Assembly (NCBI GenBank): GCA_011109175.1
Contig: RDEW01000016.1
Span: 986,585-1,050,584 of the forward strand
Direction: 5' to 3'
Origin: Dicyema japonicum
Taxonomy: Eukaryota > Animalia > Dicyemida
Length of the DNA: 64,000 nt
Shown here: in pieces, positions 12,820 to 25,850 of the stretch
Layout of the letters: each line of letters starts with the position of its first letter
Position numbering within the stretch: position 1 is the first letter of the stretch
Notes under the pieces: generated by a model
The model's input: the letters and a program-made list of their open reading frames with translations, nothing else
Database searches by the model: none
Told to the model about the DNA's origin: nothing
Made by a program: the position numbers and the translations under genes

Positions 12820-12960
12820 GACTATGCCACGTGGCGCCAACGTTTGTGTAGTGGATACTTGAATTGAAGATTTTTTTGTTTGTTTCTTGTGTTCCTCCTC
12901 TTCTCTTTTGGCTACAGGGAGCTTGAATTGTTATCGTACGTCATATGATTCACTATTTCT
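12820..12960 (+). mobile_element. SINE-B 5' part, diverged
   Basis: GCCACGTGGCGCCA head and TGTTCCTCCTCTT pyrimidine tract, as in 44835-45142. Confidence 0.55.
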
Positions 12961-13227
12961 TTGGCGCTAGATATAATCATAAATTATATCCAAAAAGGAC
13001 CATTAGTCAACAACCGTCCAGAGGAGTCCCCACTGAACGGCAACTCCTTTATGTCCGAGCAAGCGTGGACTGCTGAGGGAGGCTGGGATCACCCTAATTT
13101 TTTCATTCTGGCAATGACGGTGGTTTCTGGTCCAATAGATTTAATTTAAATTTAATTAAAAAATTTTTTTGAACCACAGTTTTAAAAGTTTTTAACAATT
13201 TTGAAGAACATACGAATTTTTGACTTT

Positions 13228-13560
13228 ATGGGCAAAATCGGCCTAATTATCACTTTAGTGTTCGTTTTTGCCTCTCACGATAGCAACAGGGATCAACTAG
13301 AGAACTTACTGAGTTTTACGGACCTCATGGATTCTGAGAGTTGCCAGACATCCAAGACTCTTGAAGTTAAAAAAAACTTTTTGCTTATTCCTCAGTCGTC
13401 CTACAGCAATCCAAAGGAACCTGAACCTGTTAATGACTAAAATTATAATTTTTTAAATTTTCAACTAGAACCACATGACTATAAAGGAGATCAACAGCTA
13501 ACTTCACAATCGTACATTTTAAAAGTATACATACAAGATAACTATTTATTGCCCCACGAT
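13228..13560 (+). CDS. Possible small secreted lineage-specific protein, probably spliced
   Basis: ATG plus hydrophobic signal-like MGKIGLIITLVFVFAS, with candidate short GT-AG introns. No recognisable homology. Confidence 0.3.
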
Positions 13561-13849
13561 GACTGGGTTATAGGAGAAAAGTCATCAAAGTGATCCAAGA
13601 CCGACAATGGAGAGGCCAACGCCGGCGAGAAAGATATGCCAAGGACTGTAGGAGTATTGTCTAGTTAAAGGTTGATAAAATTGTTAATATATTTTTAAAT
13701 AATTTCAGTCATAAAGAGCCATAAAATATCTAACTATCTTGTATTCCTTAACCATAATGTAAAAACCGCATTTTAATGGAAAATTTATGAGTCAATAAAT
13801 TTGCCATTAAAACATAATTTAATACTATAATTAATGACATTTACAGAGT

Positions 13850-14245
13850 TGACCAGTTAACTCCTTAACTCTCTCGGTCTTGATGAACATTTACAAACAA
13901 TACATCGAACCATGCTTCTCGTACGCGTGTGCTTCGTGGGGACCTTCATTATCATGGACGAACACTAAGAAAATCGAGGACGTTCAAAAGAAGGCTTTCA
14001 GAATGACGGAGCGGTGGTCTTGTGGGAGACACAGAACCGGACCGACTACTCTGGAGGCCCTCATTAAACAAAACTCCGGCATGCGGGAAGGTGGCCCTGC
14101 AAATACAGTCAGCCGCCCAGTACGAGCTTGTGTGGGTACGAGGGAGGAGCACCGGGAAAGAATGAGGATTTTGGCGGAACGCATCGGATCACGTGATAGT
14201 TAGTTTTGGTTTTACCGTGGTCTTGAGGTGCTAAATAAAATAAAA
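13850..14245 (+). mobile_element. Jockey/I-like LINE 3' end
   Basis: YKQYIEPCFSYACASW...RPVRACVGTREEHRERM, then the GGATCAC tail. Confidence 0.75.
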
Positions 14246-15488
14246 AACTCTATAATTAATAAATTGTTACACCAGAGGTTTTCTCTGAGAGATTGAAAGC
14301 ACAATCTCGTCAAGGTTGGGAGATTTTCAAAAGCGGCGTTGATTCCGAGAAGGTTTCGGAATTGCCATCATTCAAATGGTTCTCGGTTTATATCCGCTGA
14401 TGTCTTTTCCTGCTGAGCCAGAGATTTATCAAAGATGAGTTTCCAAAGGGGACTTTGTATAGTTATGTAATCGTGAGATCTTCTTGATATTCCGTTTTTG
14501 ATCAGTTGTTTCGACTTTGTAACAAACTGTCTTGTCGAGAAATAGTTTCTGTTTTTATTCGATAATATTTGGAAGACCAGCACAAACAATCACGACTAAT
14601 TAATTTAAGGAAGAAACCCAAGGGAGGACGTTTGCTTGTGTCAACCAAATCCATCCTTCAACAGTCCATTACAGGCTTTCGCATCCGAAAAGAGTTAGAG
14701 GTCCATCTTCTTCCATTTTCATAAAAAGCTCAACTGACAGTGACATCACTTCATTCTTCGGGAGAAGATTTTTCATAATGATAATCTTCACCAGTGAAGT
14801 TGGTCGGGGAGAAAGTGAAAGGATCTTTTCCAACAATTGTGTCGTGTCAGAAGTACTCGTCGACTCGTGGATGTGATCCTGTCGACGAGAATTGACCCTT
14901 TACTGAAAAGTTCACATTTCGAATTCGAAACCACGACAGTCATATCCGATGTCATTGGATGTATGGATTCTGAAAATATCAGCATTGTCGGGGGAGGGCT
15001 TTTCTTCAGACTGTTCTTGCCTCTTATATAATCATGTTGAACCGTTAACCATATGATCAATAGAAATGTAACGACGTACTTCTAAGAGCATAACAAACTT
15101 AACGACAGATTGACTAAAGATTCCAACTTGCAAGGTCATAGCTACATAATTGGGAGATTTCTTTGTGACTGGATCGTGTTTAAGATATTCAACAAAGTCA
15201 GGTCGTATCCTTTAAAAAATTCCTTAATTCTTGACTCAGTAAATAATTATTAGGACGATTGTCATTAGACTCAAGTACACCTCAATGTCTTTGCAATGGA
15301 TAAGCTTATATCGATCATGATCCATGAGAATCGATAATATCCTATTAGAAATAATATAAATAAAAAAAATATTTGTTTAATTTAATAAATTAAGAAAATA
15401 TTTTAATAATATCCATGATCGTTTTTAAACGTAATCATTTTTGTTTTCTTGTGGTGAGGACCAAATTAACTTTATAAAAATAAAATAA

Positions 15489-16208
15489 ATGAAATTAATA
15501 GCAATATCTATCTTATTCAAACACACAGAAAACGCAAAAACAGACTGCTTGTCACAGGCAAGCGATCTTGACTCCTTTGGTTACTTTATCCGCTCTTCGT
15601 AATCTATATAGTAATTTCTAGAGTTCGTCAGTTCATAAACTTTGCCTCTAAGCAAATCACGATGAGAACTCCCTTCAATACCCACCAGACCATCAAAGAA
15701 GAGGGTATTTTTTAAAGCTCATGTTGGTAGAGTACAACTGTCACGTGTTTGTTCGACCCGACGGACTCTGTGCTGTTGCCGTAACCGATTTAGAGTACCC
15801 AGAAAAGATTGCCCACTTTCTGCTGAACAAAGTGAGACATAATTTCCATTTTAGGTTATGGATGAATTCTCGGCTACTTTTAGGGGCGTTTCATGGAATT
15901 CTCCTGCGGATTGGTCCATCGAATATCCTACCTGATGGAGTACTTACATAAATATCAGGATCCAAAAGAGGCTGATCCGTTGGTGAAGACCCAACAAGAC
16001 CTGGATGACATAAAAATCATCATAGTTTGGCCGTTTTGTGAAAGTAGAAAAATACCATACAATCGATGCTTGAAAGAGGGGAAAAGTTGGACGATTTGGT
16101 GACGAAATCAGAACAACTTAATTCACAAGCGAGATTCTTTTATACGACGGTCTGTGTTTATGTTTATTGTAGGCGAAAAAGGCTAATCGGTGCTGTAATT
16201 TATTCTGA
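15489..16208 (+). CDS. YKT6: Longin R-SNARE YKT6; 5 introns of 23-26 nt; apparent 1-nt deletion near 15929
   Basis: MKLIAISILFK..YNCHVFVRPDGL..YQDPKEADPLVKTQQDLDDIKIII|KNTIQSMLERGEKLDDLV..|AKKANRCCNLF*, with the C-terminal CCxxx prenylation motif. Confidence 0.9.
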
Positions 16209-16629
16209 TCCATTCTGCTTGATTACTTTATGATTTTTGAATTAATTATTATTTATTTTATTATTTTTAATTTGTTATTTATAATTGTTAATTTAATTTG
16301 TATTTTTTAAAATTTGTATATTTCATTGTGGTGTTATTTATTACATTTTTTTCAATAATAATAATATTAAAAATTACACTTTTAAATAATCTTTTAATAA
16401 TCTTTTTAAATAAATTACACTTTTTTAATAATCCCAGAAGTACCTGATGGAAATTTTAACTAATTCCCACATAGAAACCTCCCTCTGTAGTAGGAAAGAA
16501 AGGGATTCTTTTTATAACTATCACATATTTGTTATATATCGCATGCCACAACGGTTACAGTGGTAATAAGGTCGGTCAGGGCGACTGTATTAACTATTTT
16601 TATTTTGTATTATTAATAAAGATAATAAA

Positions 16630-16790
16630 GGTCACTGACCCTGTTAAACAGAATCGGATCTCGGAGAGGAAAACTGATAGAATAGAAAGGAGCTGGCTGA
16701 TTGAGCGTAATTCCTTGCAAATCGTGAGGGGAAATGCGTTATAGATTATGAGAGCAGTCAGTAATTGCTAACTGTTAATTTTTGTCTTTA
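16630..16790 (+). mobile_element. CRE-like 3' remnant
   Basis: WLIERNSLQIVRGNA. Confidence 0.6.
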
Positions 16791-17929
16791 ATTGGTTTAA
16801 TAAATTTAAAAAAAAGAAGTTAAGTACTATAACGTTTATTTTAGTGTAACCGTAATGGCATGTGACATAGACCTATTGGGAACCACTCAACTGGATTGGA
16901 TATATCGAAGACTTGATAGTGTTTGACATACAAGTAGGCTTACTACTTTATTATTCTAGAAATCCGGGACATTTATTAATTTTGATAATCAAAATACGGG
17001 ACTTTCCGAAACAAAAAAAATTTTCATTTTTGAACTGAATATACTTTATCTAGAAATTTTTGATTTTTTTCAAAAAATTAATGCACAGCATGTCAATGTT
17101 CAATTTGCAACTCAAAACTGTTTTGAGGGTTCTTCTTTCATTCAGCCTCTTTCTTTTGACCAATTGGAATTCATAGTTGAAAATATTCTTCTACAATATT
17201 CTTATCACAATCCCACATTACTAAATAATAAATATGATAATCTATGCTAATTAATCCAAGACTTTGAAGGTGTTAACTTCCTTTTCGATTTACTTGAGTA
17301 TGAGTCCCTGAGACAATCCGGATCCCAAGTGATTAATCACTGACGACGGTGACGTCACTCGTCAATCCCGTTAAACCATATTATTTTGTATTTTAACAGA
17401 TTTTGATTAGTTTTTTATATTTGCTGCGGGAGAGACCGGCACTTGTCTCATCTCATTTAATAGTTCCCTACTAGTTAGTGAGTTATTCATCCGTACTTTA
17501 AAGTAGCAAGATTAGAACCCGTGAAAATCAGGATTTTATCAAGCACATCCACCATAATTGAAAGTCAATAACAACTGTTTGTCCAAAAGTAAAAAGGATA
17601 TTTTAAATCTTATTATTTTTCGGTAAATTCTTCAACTAAAAACAAGCTGAGAAACCTATTTCACCAACGGATGAAATAAACAGATTCAGAAATTGTATTT
17701 CATTAAAGATTAAATTAGAATAAATATTGTCGTTTTTGATTGACGAAGTGTCGTTATTGATAGGAAAACCCTATAAATGGAGTCTAAATTTTCTGTTAAT
17801 AGAGTTTTTCTGGAAAAACGACATATTCCTCTTTAAGATTACAGCTTATCTAAAAATGTTTTTCTACATCAGCGTTTTCTCAACCTTTTTTCCAGGAAAT
17901 CTTGTTTTTAACAATAAAATTTTATTTTA

Positions 17930-18050
17930 TTAACTATGGGAAAAAACGGCTGCTGACATCACGGAGTAAGCGTTTCCGCATACAATTGCAATCCCAATTC
18001 GTTGCCTCAGCCAGACCGCTTTCACTAAATCTAGAAAATATTTTCAGGAG
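17930..18050 (-). mobile_element. CRE-like 3' end
   Basis: Similar to 19030-19140 (encodes ...RGNAYSV..). Confidence 0.7.
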
Positions 18051-18093
18051 ACTTCTTATTTTTTACATTCAAATTAATTTAATATTGTTATAT

Positions 18094-18490
18094 TTATTAT
18101 TATTTTATTTATTAACCCCGGATACACCAAGAAAGAAGTTAAAGTAAACAACTAATTCAGCGACAGGTACATTTTCGCACTGTCGCGATTGAAACTTCGG
18201 GGAACTTTTGGCCCTAAAACGCTGAAGTTCCTGAACCATTTGGGAAAACTACTGACTGACAAAACTGGTGAATCTTCGTGAGACGAGATGGCTCAAGGAG
18301 AGGCTCTCGTTGGCTGTTGTCCGTGGGAATAGCTTGTGCATCTCCCAACAGCTGAATTAAAATTAAAATTAACCATTCTTTTCTTTTTCCTTATAAAAAA
18401 ACTAATTAAGTGTATCAGTTTCCATTCACAGAAACAGAGTCCATCCGGAATCAACATAAAAGGTAAGACGTCCATTACATGCAGTTGTGG
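18094..18490 (-). mobile_element. 5'-truncated SINE-B with a nested CRE 3' fragment (18158-18399, + strand)
   Basis: 23-bp TSD aaattaatttaatattgttatat (18071-18093, 18491-18513). The nested CRE is flanked by aactaatt (18150-18157, 18400-18407) and is nearly identical to 9820-10040. Confidence 0.8.
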
Positions 18491-19029
18491 AAATTAATTT
18501 AATATTGTTATATATGATGTATAATTGTTGGTTTTAAATAAAAAATGATTTTAAAACATGAAATCTAATTTTGTAGGGGATGTCTGGTTTCTGTAACTGA
18601 AAGCCATGCGCTTATCGCCCTTTCCTCGAAGGAGATTTCCGAAGTAAAATTTCAACAATGGAAACATCGCAATGATCGCAATGGAAATTTTTTTTCTCCA
18701 TAAAATAATATTATTTTAGAATGGAATTTTTCATTAACAAGAAATATGTTTTTACCTACTAATTTTATTACTATTTACCTTCCGTCATAAATTTAGTTAA
18801 AATACTGAAAATGTCAGCAAGAAAAAACAATTTAGTTTAACTTTGGGGGATTTAAGCATTTCTAAGAAATATGATATCCACACTCTCAAAAAATTGAAAA
18901 TACACCCGACCCTCGCAAATTAGCCACCTTGCAAATTGCCAACTTTTAAATTGGCCACATTTTGAAAATTTTTCTTAGAAAAATCCTATTCTCCTTATAA
19001 ACATTTAATAAATACAGTTAAAGTAAAAT

Positions 19030-20070
19030 ATTATTTATTAACTATGGGGGAGAGCGACTGCTGACTTTACGGAGTAAGCGTTTCCGCGGATAACTGCGAT
19101 CCCATTTTGTTGCCTCTGCCAGACCGCTTCCCGCACGTCTTTCTTACGGTGGGCCAATTTCCTTCGATTTCCTTTAAAAGAGGCTGTGATACTTCCCACC
19201 GCACCAGACGTCTCGATTGCCACCGTACAAAACGGTAGCGGTCCCCGATTTCGCCATATTTTTTAATCTTGATGTTCTCGGCCAGATCGGCTACCGATCC
19301 AGCAGACTACGCCGAGCTGAGCATCATCGAGTTCGAGATAAAATCCACAACAGTGCAGTCCCATACGAGCGATTTTCCCTCAGTGAACGGAAAGATTGTT
19401 AACCCATCCGGTCTTTTCCCGTCTCCGCGGTTCAATCCCACGGGCTTCCACCACTGCCGAAAAGCCTGCAGCTTCAAGAGCACGCATGACAATGTTGTTC
19501 ATAGCAGCGTGGCGGGGTGCTCTGTCCGCACTCCTTTTGCACGATAGTGGATGCAGCCCTTTGGCATCGACGATCCCTCCACAACGACATTGGTGTTCGA
19601 CGCAAACATCAACTCCCAGGCGTTGTGCGATCCAATTCGAATACAGTCATCGTCCAAAAAGGTCCCTAGGGAGAGGAACACGGGAGTGCATCCAGCCACG
19701 CTCCGCTCCCATGGTTGGCGGTAGACACGAGGCATGCAAGACGATGCTGGTTGGCCTCAGAATTTAGCACGCCGAAGATATTCTTGGAGTAGATCTCATC
19801 CCAGTCACGTTGCCTCTAAGGATCGTTCGTCGTATCCAAACCAGTTTCACACCATTCGCGACGAGCTTCGTCGAAGACTTTTTCCCAAGAAAGTCCGGTT
19901 GGATAACGTAGGATATCTTGTACCAAAAGGCTTCCATTTGAGAGCGATGAACACATATGCTGGAAAAACGATCTTCAGCGCTGACCTGAGACCCTCTCCT
20001 CGAGGCGTGTAGGAAGCTTGCATTGGTTTCCAACTCGGTACATCAAAGTGGATGTTTAAAAGCAATTCAG
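19030..20070 (-). mobile_element. CRE-like retrotransposon 3' half
   Basis: HAAMNNIVMRAL, DGKRPDGLTIFPFTEGKSLVWDCTV, AIETSG and IAVIRGNA. Confidence 0.9.
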
Positions 20071-20171
20071 CTGATTAGCAATGGAATGTGGTCACTGCCA
20101 ATATCAGAAAAAGTAATTGGTACGTCGGCGTATCTGAATCAGTTAGCAAATCAAAAGACACCAAGCTTGTA

Positions 20172-22195
20172 ATCATTTTTCATATCTACGGATGTTACCA
20201 AATGAAATGTGCTCACTGCCAATATCCGGAAAAGTAATTGGTACGTCTGCGTATTCTGATAGCAGGGGAAATCAAGAAGACAAAGCTTGTCACCCCGTAG
20301 GGAGAGAAATGGTTATCCTCTTTTGATAAATTTCGATTTATAGATCCAATGTGTGATTCAATTCTCACAATTGTTCCGTTGTCATCAATTGCTAAAATAA
20401 CGTTGAGATTCACCCCTTTGCTTGCCCTTACTAGAACTATCGCACGTGATTCTATATGGGATCGGCCGAATTTTTTTAATGTAAAGAGATTGAAATTTGT
20501 TTCGTCCGAATGTATTTTCTATTTGTATTACGTTGATAATCCAATGCAAATATTTTTTTTCTATATTTTCCAGACTATTCCTGGAAATTGGTCTCTTCGC
20601 AGCATTAGTTAGGTAGTCACTCGGCCATCAAGTCGGTTATATATTGTCGCAATACAAACTTTATTATTTACCAATGTTCGTATTTCCTTCAGTGTTATCG
20701 ATGGATTATTCTCAATTTTTTCAATTATCAAATTCATATCATCATCCGTAAGTTTAATCGTAGCATTCCTTTTACCTCCACGTTTACAAACAAACGGATT
20801 TCCACTTTTTACGATGGCTATAGCTGTTGTCTCCTTGACTAAGATCTCGAGCAAGCTGTATTTAATCGGCACCCTCTTCATCCTTATTTATAAGTGATCC
20901 TCTCGAAGCTTCTGATATTCTTGAATTTTTCTTGAAATAAAATTGGTACAAGAACAACGAATTAACTGGTTTGTTGATTTGTAATTTTTTATCTGTGGTT
21001 ATTGCTGTATCCACTCGAATCACGACTGATTCATTCACCACTACTGATTGCACAGAATGTTTTCAGTTTCTTGGATTTTTTTATTGCGTATTGTCGGCAT
21101 AGATGCAAATGTAAGCTGACAACTACTTTATGACGTCGGAGATAGTCACTATTTAGCAATCAAGCACATCTTGTTGCCAAGTGGTCAACAGTTTTCTTGG
21201 CTGAGTTGCAGTGGGTGCAGCTGGCCCCATGATAATCAATAGGTTTCGGTTTTGTGATAGACACAGTATCCTTCAAATCTGGGAGAGTTGTTCCAGTGTG
21301 ATAGCCAAAGGGAAGATGCGTCTATCTCGATATTTAAATCACTCAGACAGTGGAATAAGACTCTATGTAGCTGATTTTTCTGAATTTCTTTACTATTCAG
21401 TTCTTTTGATGTCTTTTAATAAACCGGAACTGAGAATATCAGGCCTTCGAGCTTTATATTTTCGGCATAAAAATTCTGCGATTGTGATCATGTGTGTTTT
21501 CTTTGATTTGACGATCCGCAGAATCCCTGAATTCCTCAACCAATAACTAGACTTCTTTCCAAGGTCTCGTAGGAATTGGAGTAGCATCCATTCACTTTTA
21601 TGTGTAATAGATTCCAATCCATTCCAAGTTGGTTTCTTGGCATATAAAGTCTTTATTCGCTGATTTCAGGTGAATCCGATGATTCACAAGGATTTTGCGT
21701 ATGCTTTTGTCAATCAGTTCATATTCAGTTGGTTCGATGTCAATTAGTCCGATGTAATAGTCATACAAAGATAGGTCATGTTCGTTTATAGCTTTAAACA
21801 AGTTCACTGAGTTTAATTTTGACTTGGCCAGGTTGTCGACCCTTTTTTTAGCTCCATCAAAGATTGACTTTAGTATTTCATCTTTTAAAACTTTGCTATC
21901 TTTATTTTCCAGAACCCGAGGTATCGGTAGCCATCCATTCCATCAATTTTGCTTCAGAACTAGATTTTGGACATTTGTAGCTGATTTCTCCGCATTTCTC
22001 TCAAGTCCAGCAGCTTGGAAGAAAGTATTAACTTTGTTCATCATTTTCATCATAGTTTCGTCCTTTTGAGAAAATATTTTTAAGTCGTCCATAAACAGAA
22101 AGTGATTTGTTGTGTATGAAATAGAGCCTCTGCCTGAGTTATCCATAACCACTTTTGGATATTTCGCATTTAAAATCCTACTCAGTGGTCCCATT
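20172..22195 (-). repeat. Diverged duplicate of the LINE-APE/Tc1/R4 composite at 2297-4250
   Basis: Colinear similarity by eye, including identical inter-element junctions. Contains Tc1 at 20300-20960 and R4 from 20960. Confidence 0.9.
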
Positions 22196-22199
22196 ATGA

Positions 22200-22700
22200 T
22201 TACAAAAATCTGCGGTACAGAGTCATCTGCAGATTTTCCCTTTTCACTCTGAATTCCCTAATTTGTTTCCGATTGAAATTCAATTTAATTTTCCACCTCG
22301 TGACCAAGTTTTTTTACAAAAGTCACAATCAAGTAGGGGAGTCCAGAGTTATCGAGTACCCGATACAAAAAGTCATGATCCACTGAATCGAAGGCCTTTT
22401 AACGTCCATCCACGCAGAGGCCAAATTATTCCCGTTATGCTGGTTGATGCATTGATTTAATAGTACCTGCTCATTATACCCTTGGCACATTCTTCGGTTT
22501 CCCAATTGATTGTCACTGATCATATGGTCTGCCTCAATATAGTTTAATAATTTTCTGTTCACACACTTCGTAGCCAACTTTTGTAGATCGGGTATACACA
22601 TAATTGGGCTTAGGTTCTTTGGGGTATGGCACAAGTCTTTCTTCAGGATAAGATATGTGATTCCAGTGTAAAACCACTCATCCTGCTAAGTCATCTGACA
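22200..22700 (-). mobile_element. R4/Dong-like RT fragment
   Basis: ISDNQLG...EQVLLNQCIN..AWMDVKR in ORF 22329..22634. Confidence 0.8.
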
Positions 22701-23264
22701 GTACAAAATATAAAAGATCTCCATATTCTGCTTCAGTATCCATTAGAATTGTCTAAACTGCCGATGATTTAAGCCACGGAAAAAATAAAATTAACTGCAT
22801 TAACAGCAGCATCCACCGTCTCGCTTAATTTGATTGATTTGGCAATTAACAGCAGCATCCACCGTCTTGGTGAATAATACAATCTTGATCAAATTGTGAA
22901 GAATTCCAAGAATTTCCATTTCTTTTTGAAGTAATGTAATTATTACCTTTTTGTTCCCAGCCATAGAAGGATCTGTCGTAATTCCAACAAATTTCAAAGT
23001 GGGAGATTTGATTCTGTTAAAATTGCAGTAAATACCCGAAAACGTCGGTTCCTGTCACTGTGGAATGCCACTGACAAATTCTTCAAAAAATTGGAATGTT
23101 TTCTGTTATCCCTCGTAAAAACGGCAAGTTGAGAAGTATCTCTTCTGTTATATCAAAACTAGACACCTGTGCACGTCTATCTCTTCTGGAAGGCCTGTTG
23201 CGAGCTTCGAAAAAGTTTTGAACAAATAAAAACATTTCAGAAAGTGAGTGAATGTTCACATCCG

Positions 23265-23570
23265 ACAAATGCGGGCTAGAAAATCAGCAGAACAGCATAG
23301 CAGTCGGTTAACCTAATTGAGGACACGTACACAACAAATGCGGGCTAAAGAATCAGTAGAACAGCATAGCAGTCGGTTAACCTAATTGAGGACACGTACT
23401 CAACAAATGCGGGCTAAAGAATCAGTAGAACAGCATAGCAGTCGGTTAACTGGATGAGAACACATGCCCAACAAGTCCTGACTTTGGAGGTCCCAGAAAA
23501 GACTCAGCGTCGTTTGTCAAATAATCAAAGCTCACGGCAGACCCTGGACAGGGGAGCTAAACCATGTGTC
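23265..23570 (+). repeat. 69-bp tandem repeat (units start at 23265, 23334, 23403) plus a degenerate 4th unit, encoding an STPR-like 23-aa repeat
   Basis: Translates as QMRAKESVEQHSSRLT*LRTRTQ per unit, then EVPEKTQRRLSNNQSSRQ. Confidence 0.8.
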
Positions 23571-23706
23571 TAGTATTATATATAAATTTTATGAAGTAAA
23601 AAAAGTCAAAATTTTGGTAATGTCAAAGAAGGTAAAATTTAATTTTTAGGTCAATAAAATCAAAATTTTTATTGATTTTTAAATTTTTATTGATTTTTAT
23701 TTTATA

Positions 23707-25850
23707 CCTCAGTACGTTTTCGACACTGAGAGGTTACGCTTCGAAGAATCCACCAAATGTCGTTATAGTGCAGTTCTGAGAGATAGCATCAACAGTATTA
23801 ACCAAAATCAGCCGACAAACAGCTTATGGGATGAAATAGTGGTTGCTATCCAAAACACAGCCTTTAGTGTGCTTGGTCACATCACCAAATCTCGTCACAA
23901 ACAATGTAATCCGGATATCGGACAACTCTCTGTAACACAGAAAGAGCTCAGACTCCGGATGGAAAACACAAACGCTCCGGAAGATATCAAAGTACTGCGC
24001 ACCCAGAGAGGGAGAGTCTTAACGAAGATCAAACAAATACAAAGATTCCTTGCCAAAAATGAAGCTGAGGAGAAAATCTCAGACATATTAAAGTACAAGA
24101 ACGGACCAAGAATGTTCAAAGCAATCCGGCTTCTTAGCAGAGAAAACTGTCCAATTTCGTTAACTGTCCATGACAACCTTGGTCACGACGTTATCGGGAC
24201 CATTAACAAAGCAAACGTTCTGGCATCCCATTTTGACCTTATGTTCAACAAACAGGACGCGGCTGACCAAGCAATGAAATCTCGGAAGTCTTACAAGTAC
24301 ACTCTAACTAGCCCTATTACCATATCCGAAACTCAACAAGCTATTAAAAAATTAAATACCGGAAGATCTGCCGGACCAGACTTCATTACTGCAGAACTTT
24401 TACAATACGGCCCGGAGGAGCTAATTGAAATGATTACTAACATTTTCAACCGGTCTCTCGAGGGTGCAGATGAACTGGAACTGGGAAAAGGGTGGCTAAT
24501 TCCACTACAAAAACCGGGAAAAAGTAAAGGCCCCCCTCACAACTTCAGACCTATTATACTCCTAACCTCCATACGAAAAACATTATCCCTCATTGCTTTA
24601 AACCGAATAAAGGAGAGGGTGAACATATTTCTTTCGGACGGCCAAAGTGGATTCCGGACGGGCAGGTCCACGGCTGACGTGGTATGGGGGCACAGGTGGT
24701 ATTGTGCCCTGTGCCAAAAATACAAAAAATCTATTGAGATACTTGGTATCGACATGTCCCGTGCGTTCGACTCGGTGGACCGTGGAAAACTTATGGAAGT
24801 GTTGGAGAGTTTTCTACTGCCTGACGATGTCAAAATAATACACTTACTCATGCGGAACACTCAACTTGCCGTCAAAATTGGTGACTCTACCTCTAACTTT
24901 TTTTCGACCTCACGTGGAGTTCCACAGGGGGACTCACTATCCCCGGTCCTCTTTATTGTCTACCTTGAGGCCGCACTAAGAGAGTTCAGACCCCTGGTTG
25001 GCAACAATTATAACGAGATAATCTACGCGGACGACCTGGACTTTGTTTCTGAGGATATTCAAGTACTTCAACACATGCTTAACGTTCTTCCACACGTATT
25101 CTCGAAATGGTTCTTAACCGTTAACACCGATAAAACAGAGTTCACAACACTTACACGCAATGATCGAAGATCGGACGAGTCTTGGAGAAAGCAAAAGAAG
25201 GTGGGTTCGCTTCTCGGGGACTCAGAAGATGTTTCTCGGAGGAAAATCCTCGCAATGTGTGCACTAAAGAAAGTATCGAATATGTGGGGTCATAAGAAGA
25301 GGATGGGATTAAACACCAAACTCAGAATATATAAGGCTTTTGTCATCCCCGTCCTGACCTACAATTCAGGCACTTGGGGAATCTCTAAACAAGAGATGGA
25401 CCGTCTTGACGCTTTCCACAGGACACAATTGAAATCAGTAATCAAGATCAAGTGGCCTAAGAAGATCTCAAACAATGACCTCTACTCGAAGTGCAAATCT
25501 GGTATACTATCCGAGGAGATCTTCAGATCAAGATGGAGTCTCTTTGGACATATCTTACGTCTAAATGCTCAAGTACCCGCGAATATCGCCATGGAAAACT
25601 ACCTAATGCATACGGGAGCCGGTTTCCGTGGAAGACCAAGAGTCACACTCCCAACTATTTTGAATGGAGACCTATCGGCTGTGGGACTGAAGCTCACTTC
25701 CGCAGACGACCTAGATACCTTAAGGGAACTGGCACGAAGTAGAGGGTCCTGGAAAAGGCTGATAGAGAGGATGGCTAGAAATACGGCACAAGGGAGGCTT
25801 GATTAATTTTATGACTTCTCGGGAGTGCTTTAAATAATAATAAATAATAA
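23707..25850 (+). mobile_element. RTE-like LINE, 5'-truncated (no APE), uninterrupted RT frame (ORF 23839..25806; frame open from about 23707)
   Basis: FRPIILL, QSGFRTGRST, DMSRAFDSV, GVPQGDSLSP, YADD and RWSLFGHILR. Tail TTATGACTTCTCGGGAGTGCT plus (AAT)n. Confidence 0.95.

Noticed and set aside
23310-23390. In-frame TAA as evidence of a ciliate-type (TAA=Gln) genetic code
   Set aside because: Intact genes (HPRT, Rap, CPVL, XPNPEP1, RTE ORF) end in TAA and have no internal TAA once introns are removed.
23265-23470. 69-bp repeats as a CRISPR array
   Set aside because: Head-to-tail units with no unique spacers, no cas genes and a eukaryotic context.
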